Below are positions 10,784 to 21,066 of a stretch of DNA of 64,000 bases, one piece after another (positions within the stretch are counted from its first letter, which is position 1; every line of letters begins with the position of its first letter). The stretch is taken from the NCBI GenBank assembly GCA_964518565.1, contig CAZFGX010000001.1, forward strand, positions 734,568 through 798,567, given 5' to 3'. This DNA is from an uncultured Gammaproteobacteria bacterium. GTDB taxonomy: Bacteria; Patescibacteriota; Microgenomatia; CAZETR01; Amesbacteraceae. Made by a program: the position numbers and the translations under genes. The notes below the pieces were generated by a model that was given only the letters and a program-made list of their open reading frames with translations, was not told the origin of the DNA and ran no database searches.

Positions 10784-10960
10784 ATGGCATACAATGACAC
10801 ACTAGACAAAATAGACGCCGAACTAAAAAAACAAATCAAGCAACAATCTGAAGGCAATCTCTCAGGTAGTGATGAAAGACGACGTGATCGTGAAGAAGCG
10901 GCCGAAGAACGAAAGAAAAATAACCCGTCTTCAGCCGAAGGTTCTGGAATGGCCAGATAA
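10784..10960 (+). CDS. Small charged hypothetical protein (58 aa)
   Basis: MAYNDTLDKIDAELKKQ...GSGMAR*; below the ORF-track cutoff. TTGACA at 10748; fills the gap between flanking genes. Confidence 0.55.
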   Translation: MAYNDTLDKIDAELKKQIKQQSEGNLSGSDERRRDREEAAEERKKNNPSSAEGSGMAR

Positions 10961-10964
10961 TTTT

Positions 10965-12200
10965 TTACGCTACTCTCTCCTTCAACGCTGAATAAAACTT
11001 CTCCAAATATACTTTTGCCTTTGTCCAATTATTCTCTTTCATTTCCATATTTGCCATATAAGCCAAATGTGCCGATTTCGTCGCTTGAAATTCTGAAAAC
11101 CGAAACTTTTCAGCTATCAACTGCTTCTGACCTTCTTCACTCTGGTTTTGCCACAAATTAATCTCAAAATTAGCTACAATCTCCGGCTCAAAGGCCAGGC
11201 CCACATTTCGCTTAATCAGCTCATACAATCCCACCAGGGCCTTCTTCGCCCCTTCCCATTCATCAGCCTTTCGATGGGCCAATGCACTTACCAAATGAAT
11301 ACCCGCCTCTTTTGCCAGATCTTTAGATAAGCCATATTGCTCTTTCAAATAGTTAATCGCTTCATCTTTCAAAGATCCAGCATCTCCAATTGCCAGAGCC
11401 CGTTGCCATTTTATTTCCAAATCCGCCACTACCTCAGGATTAAATCTCATATGCTCTACTGCATCATTTCCTCCAAATCTTCGTCTGCGCCGAGAATAAT
11501 CTACTACCGCCTCTACCAATTTTTCCGGAGTAAAATCCGGCAAATGATCTTGCTCCCAATAAAACTCTGCATACGCCATCTGCAAAGGCAGGAGTCCCGA
11601 TGTCCGCTGTTCTCCCGATGTCCGAATAAACAAATCTACATATGGATATGGTTGATCAGCCGTATCCAAATAGCTCTCAAATACTTTTTCATTTATGGGA
11701 GTCGTATCGGCATTAGCCAATTTTGATTCCAAAATTTTATTTGTCGCCCGCACGATTTCATCTTTGCCACCATAATCCAGCGCAATATTGAGTAAATAAT
11801 TTGTGTAGTGAGCAGATTCCGACTCCAATCGGCGAATCTCTGACACCACATCAGCTGGAAAACGATCCTTTCGCCCCAAATGCACCAATCGCATTTTTTC
11901 TTGATGCAAATCCTTTTCAATATCTTTCAAAGCCAGGCGCAAAATATGCACGATTTCATCGACCTCGGCCTGTGGCCTTTCCCAATTCTCTGTGGAAAAC
12001 GCCCAAATAGTAAATGTATGAATTCCCAGTTCGCGCACTGCATATCCCAAGCGTTTTATGGCCTGATATCCAGCCTTATGCCCTTCCCAAGGCTGCAAAC
12101 CCCGAGCCCGTGCCCAGCGCCTATTGCCATCCAAAATCATGGCAATATGGTTTGGCAAATTAGTGCCTGGAGGCAAGTTAATACGTTCTTTCTTTTTCAT
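10965..12200 (-). CDS. uppS: Undecaprenyl/isoprenyl diphosphate synthase (cis-prenyltransferase) with ~165 aa C-terminal extension
   Basis: HIAMILDGNRRWA, FSTENW.RP, IRTSGEQRTSG, RRRRFGG. Confidence 0.95.
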   Translation of the reverse strand: MKKKERINLPPGTNLPNHIAMILDGNRRWARARGLQPWEGHKAGYQAIKRLGYAVRELGIHTFTIWAFSTENWERPQAEVDEIVHILRLALKDIEKDLHQEKMRLVHLGRKDRFPADVVSEIRRLESESAHYTNYLLNIALDYGGKDEIVRATNKILESKLANADTTPINEKVFESYLDTADQPYPYVDLFIRTSGEQRTSGLLPLQMAYAEFYWEQDHLPDFTPEKLVEAVVDYSRRRRRFGGNDAVEHMRFNPEVVADLEIKWQRALAIGDAGSLKDEAINYLKEQYGLSKDLAKEAGIHLVSALAHRKADEWEGAKKALVGLYELIKRNVGLAFEPEIVANFEINLWQNQSEEGQKQLIAEKFRFSEFQATKSAHLAYMANMEMKENNWTKAKVYLEKFYSALKERVA

Positions 12201-12238
12201 ATCTGACCATTATAGCGAATGTGTCGTATTATCATACA

Positions 12239-13003
12239 ATGCCAGATCGCCAACCATCTAGTCATAAGTTTTCCCGACGTACACTCTTCCGTTTTGCTGG
12301 AGCTGCCAGTATGGAACATTTTTTCGGCGAAATCCCCTCTGTCGCTTGGGCTGAAACCGACAAAACTCCAGAATCAGTCAGAAAATTTATTGAAACAATC
12401 GTCATCAACCCACCCTTAATTGGCACAAATCAAAATGCTGGCAAAAATCTGGACTTTGGCAAAGGCTGGGCCACATTTCATTTAGATGAAAACTCCCCCA
12501 TCATGCAAACAGTAATAAACAATCGCCTCAAAAGCATCCAAAATCACCCGACAATCTCAAAAGAAGACCAAAATATTCTCCAACTCAAAGACCACAAATT
12601 GACAGAATTCATCGTCGAAAAACAATCCCATCTCTCAATTGCAGAAGCTTTAGCCAGTAAAAAATATCTTGGCGCAGTTGCTACCCGCGGAACTCACGAC
12701 ATTGGCCAAGAATATGTCGTATTCACTCAAAAAACCTCCACTGCACCAATAGAATTTACCGGTATCGCCTTATGTGTCGACAATTCCGGCGATGCCAAAA
12801 ATTTATACAAGCCGTACAAACTAGACGGCTGGAACAAAGCTGGCTACAAAAACACTCCTCTGGAATGGATGTTAGACGCCTCCGCCAATCTAATAAAAAA
12901 TCTTCCTCTTGGCCGTGCGCCATCCTCTGACTATCTTATGAGCGGCCGACCAGGAGTAATCGTTATCAGTCGACCTGTTTACGACAATTTAGTCAGCAAT
13001 TGA
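12239..13003 (+). CDS. Hypothetical protein with twin-arginine-like N-terminus
   Basis: Long ORF containing SRRTLFRF; TATTAT lies 6 nt before ATG 12239. Confidence 0.6.
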   Translation: MPDRQPSSHKFSRRTLFRFAGAASMEHFFGEIPSVAWAETDKTPESVRKFIETIVINPPLIGTNQNAGKNLDFGKGWATFHLDENSPIMQTVINNRLKSIQNHPTISKEDQNILQLKDHKLTEFIVEKQSHLSIAEALASKKYLGAVATRGTHDIGQEYVVFTQKTSTAPIEFTGIALCVDNSGDAKNLYKPYKLDGWNKAGYKNTPLEWMLDASANLIKNLPLGRAPSSDYLMSGRPGVIVISRPVYDNLVSN

Positions 13004-14178
13004 TCCAAACTCAACCGTTCTACTTGCTCACTCAAACGCTTTTTATATTCTACATCCTCACCATTTTTTGCCGACACCACAATCCTATGTGGCATACCCA
13101 GTAGATCTGCATCAGCTAATTTTTCTCCAGCTGATCTATCAGTATCATCCCACAATACCGACACGCCTCGATCCACCAGTGTCTCATATACCACTTTTGC
13201 TCGCTCACTTGCCCGAATATCTACCAACTGAACTCGAAACGGAGCGACAGCTTCTGGCCAGATTATTCCTCGATCGTCATGAAATACTTCTACCAACGTC
13301 CCCATCAGTCGAGTAGTCCCAATACCATAGCTACCAAACCAAATCGGTTTTTTAGTTCCATCAGCATCAGTAAACAGTCCACCCATCTTTTCTGCATACA
13401 TCGTTCCAAGTGGGAAAATATTTCCGACTTCTATTGACCGAATAACTTCGTAATCTTTTTCATTTCCCTCAAACACTTCTTTGTTATAGCCCTCATGAGT
13501 TCCAGGCTTTATATAAATAGTATCTTCACCTGCTTCAGCCGCTACTTGAAATTCGTGAGTATGTTTATTAGTAAACACCCCACCAGAAGCTTCAGTCACA
13601 TAGACATGTAACCCAATACGTTCAAAAATTTTCAAATATGCTTGCTTATATTTCTCATACCACATCATCAAATCTTCTTCAGAAGTATGCATAGTGTATG
13701 CATCCTTCATCAAAAATTCTCGTCCTCGCAATATCCCCCCCTGAGATCGCAATTCATTTCGAAACTTTGTGGAAAAATGATAGACAGACAAAGGCAAGTC
13801 TTTATAAGATTGAATAAATTTTGTCATCAAGTGCATGACAATTTCTTCATGCGTAAATGACAAAGCAAACTCTTTATCTCGAGTATCTTTTAACTTATAC
13901 ATCACCTCATCTGCACTCTCCCATCTTCCAGTTTGATTCCAGATTTCTTTTGGATGCAGCAAAGGCATCAACATTTCTTGAGCCCCAATAGTATTTAATT
14001 CTTCTCGAATAATCTGCGAAATATTTTGCACCACCTTCCACCCCAACGGTAACAAAGTCCACGACCCCGCCATCAATTGATCAATAAATCCAGCCCGAAC
14101 CAACAATTTATGATTCGTCGTCATCGCATCTTTCGGTGCTTCTCGCAGTGTTTTAGGAAAAACTTGGGAATATTTCAT
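12979..14178 (-). CDS. proS: Proline--tRNA ligase (short form lacking the INS editing domain)
   Basis: LLVRAGFI, FTHEE, KFRNELR..GILRGREFLMKDAY, IEVGNIF.LG, GSYGIG, and a C-terminal anticodon-binding domain. Confidence 0.97.
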   Translation of the reverse strand: MKYSQVFPKTLREAPKDAMTTNHKLLVRAGFIDQLMAGSWTLLPLGWKVVQNISQIIREELNTIGAQEMLMPLLHPKEIWNQTGRWESADEVMYKLKDTRDKEFALSFTHEEIVMHLMTKFIQSYKDLPLSVYHFSTKFRNELRSQGGILRGREFLMKDAYTMHTSEEDLMMWYEKYKQAYLKIFERIGLHVYVTEASGGVFTNKHTHEFQVAAEAGEDTIYIKPGTHEGYNKEVFEGNEKDYEVIRSIEVGNIFPLGTMYAEKMGGLFTDADGTKKPIWFGSYGIGTTRLMGTLVEVFHDDRGIIWPEAVAPFRVQLVDIRASERAKVVYETLVDRGVSVLWDDTDRSAGEKLADADLLGMPHRIVVSAKNGEDVEYKKRLSEQVERLSLDQLLTKLS

Positions 14179-14264
14179 ACCTAAAAAGTATTTTACACCA
14201 TTGCCCCACTTGCAATTAAAAAAACATTAGTGTTTTAATAAATGCATACAGTCTTTTTCCTGCC

Positions 14265-15281
14265 ATGAATCCTAACAACACCAATCCCGCAAATCCAAAC
14301 GAAGGCGTCGCCTATATCCCTCAAGCCAACCCTACTCCAGTGGTCACAGAAGAAAAACCAACTGTTATTAGTAGTTCAGATTCTTCTCAACCAAAATTCT
14401 CCAAAAAAGCTCTTATCGCTGGTCTGACTGTTCTTACTCTTATTGCTGGTGCAGTCACCTCATTAGTATTAGTAAATCGCCAAGCCAGATATGTCACCTC
14501 TGCTTGGGACTGTACCAAATACACCTTCAATGTCTCAATCACCGGGAATGTGACTGCCACAAACCAATCTCAGCGCGACGAACCAGCTCAAAATGTCAGT
14601 ATCGAAATCACTCCCAACAACGGAACAAAAACCAGTCGTATCTTCAACGTCCCCCCACTTAAAAAAGGTGAAACAGCAAATTTGGGAACTGTCGCCGTTC
14701 CAAATGGTGGTGGATTTTCTTGGAACGCCGTCGGCTCAGACGATTGTAAAAACAGTGGCAATTACGGCGCCATCAACACCCCAACTCCTAGCCCAATTCC
14801 TCCTACCAACACACCTGTCCCCAGTACCAAACCTACTAGCACACCAAAGCCTACCAATACACCAAAACCCACAAACACGCCAGCTCCTACAAATACACCT
14901 CGGCCCACTACCATTCCAACTGGCTCACCAATTCCTACAAACGTTCCTAGTGCTACACCCACTCCCACCACACCTCCTATTGGCGGCGGTCCTACCAACA
15001 CACCCAATCCTACTCAGCCTCCAACGGCCAGTGAACCAAATTCCTGCAACGGCACTTGTGGCTCAGACGCAAACTGTAAATCCGGACTGACTTGCTACAC
15101 AGGCTACTGCCGAAACCCAAACAATCCATCCAGTATCAGTTGTGCCGACAAGCCAACCGCATCAAACCCCCAGCCCACCCCCATCTCCAGCTTGCCTACA
15201 TCTGGCGCAGCTGAATACACTTGGGCACTTGGCATTGGTGGTGTTCTCCTCCTCGGTCTAGGCGCCCTATTAGCTCTGTAA
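14265..15281 (+). CDS. Surface protein with Pro/Thr repeats, Cys-rich module and LPxTG-like (LPTSG) sorting signal
   Basis: N-terminal TM, PTNTP repeats, CNGTCGSDANCKSGLTCYTGYCRNP, C-terminal LPTSG plus hydrophobic helix. Confidence 0.8.
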   Translation: MNPNNTNPANPNEGVAYIPQANPTPVVTEEKPTVISSSDSSQPKFSKKALIAGLTVLTLIAGAVTSLVLVNRQARYVTSAWDCTKYTFNVSITGNVTATNQSQRDEPAQNVSIEITPNNGTKTSRIFNVPPLKKGETANLGTVAVPNGGGFSWNAVGSDDCKNSGNYGAINTPTPSPIPPTNTPVPSTKPTSTPKPTNTPKPTNTPAPTNTPRPTTIPTGSPIPTNVPSATPTPTTPPIGGGPTNTPNPTQPPTASEPNSCNGTCGSDANCKSGLTCYTGYCRNPNNPSSISCADKPTASNPQPTPISSLPTSGAAEYTWALGIGGVLLLGLGALLAL

Positions 15282-15301
15282 AGAATGCTAAAATAATTCA
15301 G

Positions 15302-16459
15302 ATGAAAGATACGCTTATAGATAGTATTCTCAATCGTGGTGTCGCCAACATAATTCCATCAAAGGAATTACTCGAAAAGCGTCTACACAGCAACGACAAA
15401 CTAAATATATACTTTGGTGTCGACCCCACAGCCACTCATTTACATTTAGGCAATGCTACTCATCTTCGACGACTTCACAGTTTTGCCCAACTGGGACACA
15501 ATGTCACCTTCTTAATTGGTGATTTTACCGCCCTTATAGGCGACACCTCAGACAAAACTTCCGAGCGCCCTGTTCTCACCTATTCAGAAATCCAAGCCAA
15601 TTTCAAAACGTACAAATCCCAAGCGGAAAAATTATTAGACTTCTCTAAAGTAAAAATTGTCCACAACAGCGAATGGCTAAAAAAACTCACCTTCGAAGAC
15701 ATTCTAAAACTCACTCGTCATTTCTCATTAAACGATTTTATTTCTCGAGAACTAATCAAAAAACGCCTAACAGAAGGTGGCTCAGTCTCACTACCAGAAA
15801 CTCTCTACCCCATCATGCAAGGGTACGACAGTTACATGCTAGATACAGATATTCAAATTGGTGCGACAGATCAAACATTTAACATGCAAGCTGGTAGAAC
15901 CTTACAAAAAGATATACGCAACAAAGAATCTTTTGTCTTAGCTAGTGAGTTTTTAGAAGGTACTGATGGTCGAAAAATGAGCAAAAGCTGGGGAAATGCT
16001 ATTTGGTTAGACGACTCACCAAATGATATGTATGGCAAAGTAATGAGTCTTAAAGATGATCTGATTCACAGATACTTTTTACTCGCCACAAATCTCGCTG
16101 AAGCAGAAATTCCTACACAAGGTCACCCTATGGAATTAAAAAAACGCCTTGCTCATCAAATAGTTACAGAGCTCCACTCTGCTTCAGACGCCCAAAAAGC
16201 TCAACAACATTTCGAATCCGTCCACCAACAAGGTCAAACCCCAACAGACATGCTATCAATTCATCTCAAACCCAACACAATCATTACTACTATGGTCGAA
16301 TCAGGTTTGGTAAGTTCAAATTCTGAAGCACGCCGACTAATCCAACAAGGCGGCGTTATGTATGACAATCAAAAAATAACTGATATTCAAACACAAATTA
16401 ACTCGTCTGGCGTTCTCCAGATCGGTCCCCGAAAATTTATTAAAATTATCGTGGACTAG
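15302..16459 (+). CDS. tyrS: Tyrosine--tRNA ligase
   Basis: YFGVDPTATHLHLGN, YPIMQGYD, KMSKS, C-terminal S4 domain. Confidence 0.97.
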   Translation: MKDTLIDSILNRGVANIIPSKELLEKRLHSNDKLNIYFGVDPTATHLHLGNATHLRRLHSFAQLGHNVTFLIGDFTALIGDTSDKTSERPVLTYSEIQANFKTYKSQAEKLLDFSKVKIVHNSEWLKKLTFEDILKLTRHFSLNDFISRELIKKRLTEGGSVSLPETLYPIMQGYDSYMLDTDIQIGATDQTFNMQAGRTLQKDIRNKESFVLASEFLEGTDGRKMSKSWGNAIWLDDSPNDMYGKVMSLKDDLIHRYFLLATNLAEAEIPTQGHPMELKKRLAHQIVTELHSASDAQKAQQHFESVHQQGQTPTDMLSIHLKPNTIITTMVESGLVSSNSEARRLIQQGGVMYDNQKITDIQTQINSSGVLQIGPRKFIKIIVD

Positions 16460-16664
16460 GTAGTTGTGGCAACGACAATTTTGATTTTGGAAATGCTACT
16501 CGTGCCGCTTTATATACCCGACCCTGTTGTCTCTCTGAAGCTGTAAACAAATACAGACAACCTACAGAATACGGAGCATATACAACCAATCCTTCTGTTT
16601 CTCGCACAACTACTCCTTGTTCACAATACACCCCCACTCGGGCTTGATGTGATTCCCTATCCAT
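16446..16664 (-). CDS. Small hypothetical protein
   Basis: 72 aa ORF filling the intergenic gap; no motif recognised. Confidence 0.35.
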   Translation of the reverse strand: MDRESHQARVGVYCEQGVVVRETEGLVVYAPYSVGCLYLFTASERQQGRVYKAARVAFPKSKLSLPQLPSPR

Positions 16665-16714
16665 AATTCTGATCGGAGTTTATCACAAACTACTTTGTTA
16701 AAATAAATCTTCCC

Positions 16715-17518
16715 ATGTCCAAAGATCAACTAATTCCACTTATACTAACCACAGTTGTCTGTGCTGTGGGCATTGCCTTATTACTGGCGACAGCATCCAT
16801 TCTCAATCTTCTGCCCCTGAGTCGAGAACATATTATCATTCACTTTCGATTTCCCGACATTCTCATTGGACTAACTATTTATCTCAAAACCAGCATAGAT
16901 TTTGCCATCTTCATTGGCCGTCTCATGCACGACCATCCAGGCTGGAAAAATCGAATCGCTATCGAGATTGGTACAGCATTGGGAAACATCGCCGGTACGA
17001 TAGCCATTTTGGTTATCTGGGACTTATTCCGTGAAGTAAGACCTCTCATGGCTACAATGATTGTAGTAGCCAGTTTTGTCCTACTCAAACTAGCAGAAGA
17101 TGGTTTTGATCACGCGAGTAACAAAATTTCTTTAGCCAACACTTTGCAAAAATATCTGCAAAAAATTAACCACTTCGCCTCACCAGTCTTAAACAAAATT
17201 CTCCCCCATGCTTCGATTAGCAACAGTCAAAAAACCAATTTCAAAAGTTTATTTATTCTTTCATTCAGTGTTCCATTTTTACTGGGTGCCGACGATTTTG
17301 CCGGCTATTTACCGCTATTTAATATAGTAAACGTAATTGGGTTTGCCACTGGCGTCTTTGTTGGCCATATGATTCTCAATATCGCCCTATTCATTTCTCC
17401 CAAAACCACCATTACTGCAGTCAAAAATCCTTATATCAGCTTTGTAGGGGCACTTGCATTCATCGGCCTTGCTATTTGGGGCTTCGTCGAAGCTACAAAA
17501 TTACTTCTGTATCACTAA
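16715..17518 (+). CDS. Multi-pass membrane protein, CadD/LysE-superfamily transporter-like
   Basis: About 7 TM helices; TSIDFAIF and GADDFAGYLPLF resemble CadD family motifs. Confidence 0.55.
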   Translation: MSKDQLIPLILTTVVCAVGIALLLATASILNLLPLSREHIIIHFRFPDILIGLTIYLKTSIDFAIFIGRLMHDHPGWKNRIAIEIGTALGNIAGTIAILVIWDLFREVRPLMATMIVVASFVLLKLAEDGFDHASNKISLANTLQKYLQKINHFASPVLNKILPHASISNSQKTNFKSLFILSFSVPFLLGADDFAGYLPLFNIVNVIGFATGVFVGHMILNIALFISPKTTITAVKNPYISFVGALAFIGLAIWGFVEATKLLLYH

Positions 17519-18196
17519 AAATAGATACTTCAACAATTTCAATTGTCTTCGCCAACGAAACGGTTCCTGAACAAGTCTCCACAACCACTCAAATCCCATC
17601 TGTGACACCAAGTGTGGTGGCGCCTTTAATCTACCAGTCAACACATCAAACGTCCCTCCTACGCCCATTACCAACTTCACTTTCAATTGTTTTTTATATT
17701 GGCCAATCCAATATTCTTGTTGTGGCGCACCATAAGCAACAAATAATATGTCAGGAGCAAAAGAGTTTATCTTTTTGATAATTGGATCATTGAGTTGTAC
17801 ATTTTCTCGTTCATTTAATACGTCAGCCAACCCTTCATCCCATTGTCCACCATACTTTTCCGCCATTTCTCTGGCTACACCATTCCGTCCACCTAAGAAA
17901 AATATCTTATAGTCACTTTGTAACAACTTTTCTACTAATATCCGGCCTGGAATTATTTCCTCAAATTCTCCCGCCAGTTTCAAACCATTACCATCAGCAA
18001 TATTTAGATCGGTTTGTTGTAAAACTTTACGAAAAGCATCCTCTTCTACTGCTCGAACCAGAAATTCAGGGTTAACTGTAGCCACAAAATAGGCTGAATA
18101 AACAGATTTATCCAATATTGTTTGCAAATCTTTTAGCAATTGTTTTAGGGGTTTGCTAGAAATATTGATTCCAAATACCTGTTGTTGTTGTGTCAT
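17501..18196 (-). CDS. WecB/TagA/CpsF family glycosyltransferase (GT26)
   Basis: TVNPE, ADGNG, VAYGAPQQE.W, GVGGTFD, GFEWLWRLVQEPFRWRR. Confidence 0.93.
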   Translation of the reverse strand: MTQQQQVFGINISSKPLKQLLKDLQTILDKSVYSAYFVATVNPEFLVRAVEEDAFRKVLQQTDLNIADGNGLKLAGEFEEIIPGRILVEKLLQSDYKIFFLGGRNGVAREMAEKYGGQWDEGLADVLNERENVQLNDPIIKKINSFAPDILFVAYGAPQQEYWIGQYKKQLKVKLVMGVGGTFDVLTGRLKAPPHLVSQMGFEWLWRLVQEPFRWRRQLKLLKYLFLVIQK

Positions 18197-18255
18197 AGAT
18201 GATATTTTACTACAAGATAAGTATTAAGTAATAATCTAGATAAACATATAAAAAG

Positions 18256-18319
18256 TGTGCACAATTTATGGTTCAAAGATTTGTGCGTATTTGATACAGT
18301 TATACACATTTTATGCACC
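18256..18319. promoter_or_regulatory. Small cluster of DnaA-box-like 9-mers
   Basis: TTATACACA at 18300-18308 matches TTATNCACA. TTATGCACC at 18311 and TGTGCACAA at 18256 each have one mismatch. Confidence 0.4.
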
Positions 18320-18323
18320 TTTT

Positions 18324-19430
18324 TTATCGACCTAGAGACAAAAATAACTCCAGGATATTTTTAGCAGATTTTTTCCAAGAAAATTCTTTCAATCTCTTCT
18401 CCCCCAATGGTTTCAACTTCAAGACATAAGTCTCATCAAACATTTTTCTCATCGCCTGTGCCATATCTTCAACAGAAGATGGATCAAACAGCTCCCCAGC
18501 TTGTCCAACCACTTCAGCCAATGCCCCACCAGAAGAACTTGCCACCGCCTTTCCTGCCTGCCACGCCTCGAGTATCGGCAAACCAAACCCTTCAGTAATA
18601 CTTGGTTGGATATAAAATGTTGCAAACTGTAACAAAGAATATCGTTCAGTATCAGAAATATATCCAGTAAAGACTACCTTCTTCTCTGCTCCATAGGTTT
18701 TTGGCGCTAAAGCAATTGCGTCATAAGACCAACCCCACTTTCCCGCAATCACCAATTTCACACCGTTCATGTCCAAGTTTGCAAAAGCCTCTATGAGCCG
18801 ATCCAGATTCTTTCGTGGCTGAATGGTTCCCACAAATAAAATATATTTCTGTTTTTCTAGACCAAATCGCTTTAATATACCCACATCAAGGGTGAACTGT
18901 TGGGGATCATAGCCCTCATAAATTGTTTGAATCCTGCTCGCAGCTGCACCTAGTCGTGTCACCAGCTGTGATTTAGTAAATTCACTCACTGCTACGATTT
19001 TTGTAGCCGTGGCGACAGCATATTTAGTAGAAAGCGGTAAATACCAGCGTTGTAGCGGATTTTCATATGCTGGTAACCACTCATATTCTATTCCATGAAT
19101 AGTCACCACTGTTTTTAGACCTGGTTTTCGAAAAACTGGTAAGGTATGTGCCGGCACCCACAATACATCCAAGGCTGTTGTCCAAGTTTTCCAGGCCAAA
19201 CCCACTTGAGTCCATAACCGAGGTAAGCTAATTTCTATCACTTCGACTTTCATATTGCTAAAGCTCTCAGCCTCAAATCTTACTTTTTGTCCCAACCTGA
19301 CAAAAAGCACAAATGTATGATCTTTCGCCTCAGGTAAATCCAATAGTGCCATCAGCATTTCCCTACTGTAACGTTCTGTCCCAGTTGGCTGATCAACAAA
19401 TGCTCGACTAGCATCAATTCCAATGCGCAT
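18324..19430 (-). CDS. Glycosyltransferase family 4
   Basis: MRIGIDA, VGTIQPRKN, PSITEGFGLPILEA. Confidence 0.93.
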   Translation of the reverse strand: MRIGIDASRAFVDQPTGTERYSREMLMALLDLPEAKDHTFVLFVRLGQKVRFEAESFSNMKVEVIEISLPRLWTQVGLAWKTWTTALDVLWVPAHTLPVFRKPGLKTVVTIHGIEYEWLPAYENPLQRWYLPLSTKYAVATATKIVAVSEFTKSQLVTRLGAAASRIQTIYEGYDPQQFTLDVGILKRFGLEKQKYILFVGTIQPRKNLDRLIEAFANLDMNGVKLVIAGKWGWSYDAIALAPKTYGAEKKVVFTGYISDTERYSLLQFATFYIQPSITEGFGLPILEAWQAGKAVASSSGGALAEVVGQAGELFDPSSVEDMAQAMRKMFDETYVLKLKPLGEKRLKEFSWKKSAKNILELFLSLGR

Positions 19431-19469
19431 AAATATATTGTAACGTAAAACCCAGAGTATAATCCCCTC

Positions 19470-20213
19470 ATGAAAGAAACAGATATTCTCTCAGCAGCAA
19501 AATGGTTAAAAGGTCACGATATAAATCTTATAGCATTCGACGTAGACGATACTCTTCTGGATACATCCAAACACATACGTACTCATACCAATGCTTGGGT
19601 AAAAAATACTGCCGAGCAAATAGGTATTCCTGAAATAGAGCTTCATGCCCAATTTACTGAATATGGCCGTCAAGCCTTCCAAAACCCAGAGGTTCATGTC
19701 AAGCAAATTCGTTGGCAAATAATCTGTGATCAGCTAGCCAAGCATTTCGACCGTCCATCTTCCCAATTTGATCATAGGCCTATCTTAAAATTTTATGACT
19801 CCGCCCCAGACATCTATCCCGAAACCCGTTCCACTCTCGAATCACTAAGAAGTCACGGCCTCCATACCTTGGCCATTACACACTCACAGCCACATTGGCA
19901 TCAAATCAAGATGTCCCAACACAACCTCAGTCATTTGTTTGATTATCATGCCATTATTAACCCAGAACATGCCATCACAAAAACCAGTACACATTGGCGA
20001 GATGCAATAACCAGCCTGGGTAGTAAACCTGAAAAAACTTTAGCCGTAGGAGATGGCATCAAACCTGACATTCTCGCTTCATTGGCCGCAGGAGTAATTC
20101 ATGTAGTCCATATCACGCCCAAATGGGATATGTATAAACAAGGTGAAGTTCCAAAATCAGTTCATCAAATAGACGATATAGCCCAACTCATTCCCCTCCT
20201 CGCCCAACTCTAA
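19470..20213 (+). CDS. HAD-superfamily hydrolase
   Basis: FDVDDTL motif I; VGDGIKPDI motif IV. Confidence 0.88.
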   Translation: MKETDILSAAKWLKGHDINLIAFDVDDTLLDTSKHIRTHTNAWVKNTAEQIGIPEIELHAQFTEYGRQAFQNPEVHVKQIRWQIICDQLAKHFDRPSSQFDHRPILKFYDSAPDIYPETRSTLESLRSHGLHTLAITHSQPHWHQIKMSQHNLSHLFDYHAIINPEHAITKTSTHWRDAITSLGSKPEKTLAVGDGIKPDILASLAAGVIHVVHITPKWDMYKQGEVPKSVHQIDDIAQLIPLLAQL

Positions 20214-21066
20214 TACGCCATTCTTGTCCATCTGCTATTACCTCCACGTCTCCACTTTTATCAGTTCTATATATATGCATACCTCGCTGTTGCAACAATT
20301 CAAGCGCTTCGGGTGCCGGGTGACCATATCGGTTTCCTTTTCCGCTCGAAATTATGGCAACTTTTGGCTGAAGTATATCCAACCAATCAGGCAACATTCC
20401 AGTTCGGCTCCCATGATGTGGCACTTTCAATACCTCCACTGGCACCAATTTCCCAGTTTGCATCTGCATCGGCTCCACGGGGATATCGGCATCAGCCGTT
20501 AACAACATATCAAAACTGCCGTACTGTATTCTGCCCACGACACCAAAACCATTCAAATCTGTGCCGTCACTCATCCCTTCCTTCATATGTCCTTCCACCC
20601 ACTCTCTACTCGGCCAAACGATTTCATATTTCACTCCAGCAAATTGGATCCGTTGTCCCGTAAATAAATTCACCGGCTCCAAATGCTGCTGTTGCAACAC
20701 CTGTCGCAAAGCCAAATACGCCACCGTATTATTTTTCTCTGGCCCGGCAAAAAATCTACTCACTCGATATCTATCCAGCACATGAATCAATCCAGCAAAA
20801 TGGTCAGACTGCGGATGAGTCATTACCATCATCTCAATCGTTCTATCAAAAAATGGTATATGGTCAGACAAGCAACCTAATACCCGATCATCTGGACCAC
20901 CGTCTACCAACAATTGCACAAACCCTCGACTTACCAATATCGCATCCCCTTGTCCCACATCACAAACCACTACATGTACCCGGTCATCTGGCCACACCCA
21001 CCATATACAAATCCCCAAAACCAAAATCAAACTCGCCAATATTAAAAGCGTTTTTTTATAAGCCAT
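20188..21066 (-). CDS. comEC: ComEC metallo-beta-lactamase domain protein (split comEC, C-terminal part)
   Basis: DVGQGDA, VDGG, THPQSDH, ADAD, KVPHHGS, NRYGHP. Confidence 0.9.
   Translation of the reverse strand: MAYKKTLLILASLILVLGICIWWVWPDDRVHVVVCDVGQGDAILVSRGFVQLLVDGGPDDRVLGCLSDHIPFFDRTIEMMVMTHPQSDHFAGLIHVLDRYRVSRFFAGPEKNNTVAYLALRQVLQQQHLEPVNLFTGQRIQFAGVKYEIVWPSREWVEGHMKEGMSDGTDLNGFGVVGRIQYGSFDMLLTADADIPVEPMQMQTGKLVPVEVLKVPHHGSRTGMLPDWLDILQPKVAIISSGKGNRYGHPAPEALELLQQRGMHIYRTDKSGDVEVIADGQEWRIRVGRGGE

Noticed and set aside
14770-15030. Tandem DNA repeat or antisense Gly/Val ORF (14762-15007)
   Set aside because: Explained by the Pro/Thr linker of the + strand protein.
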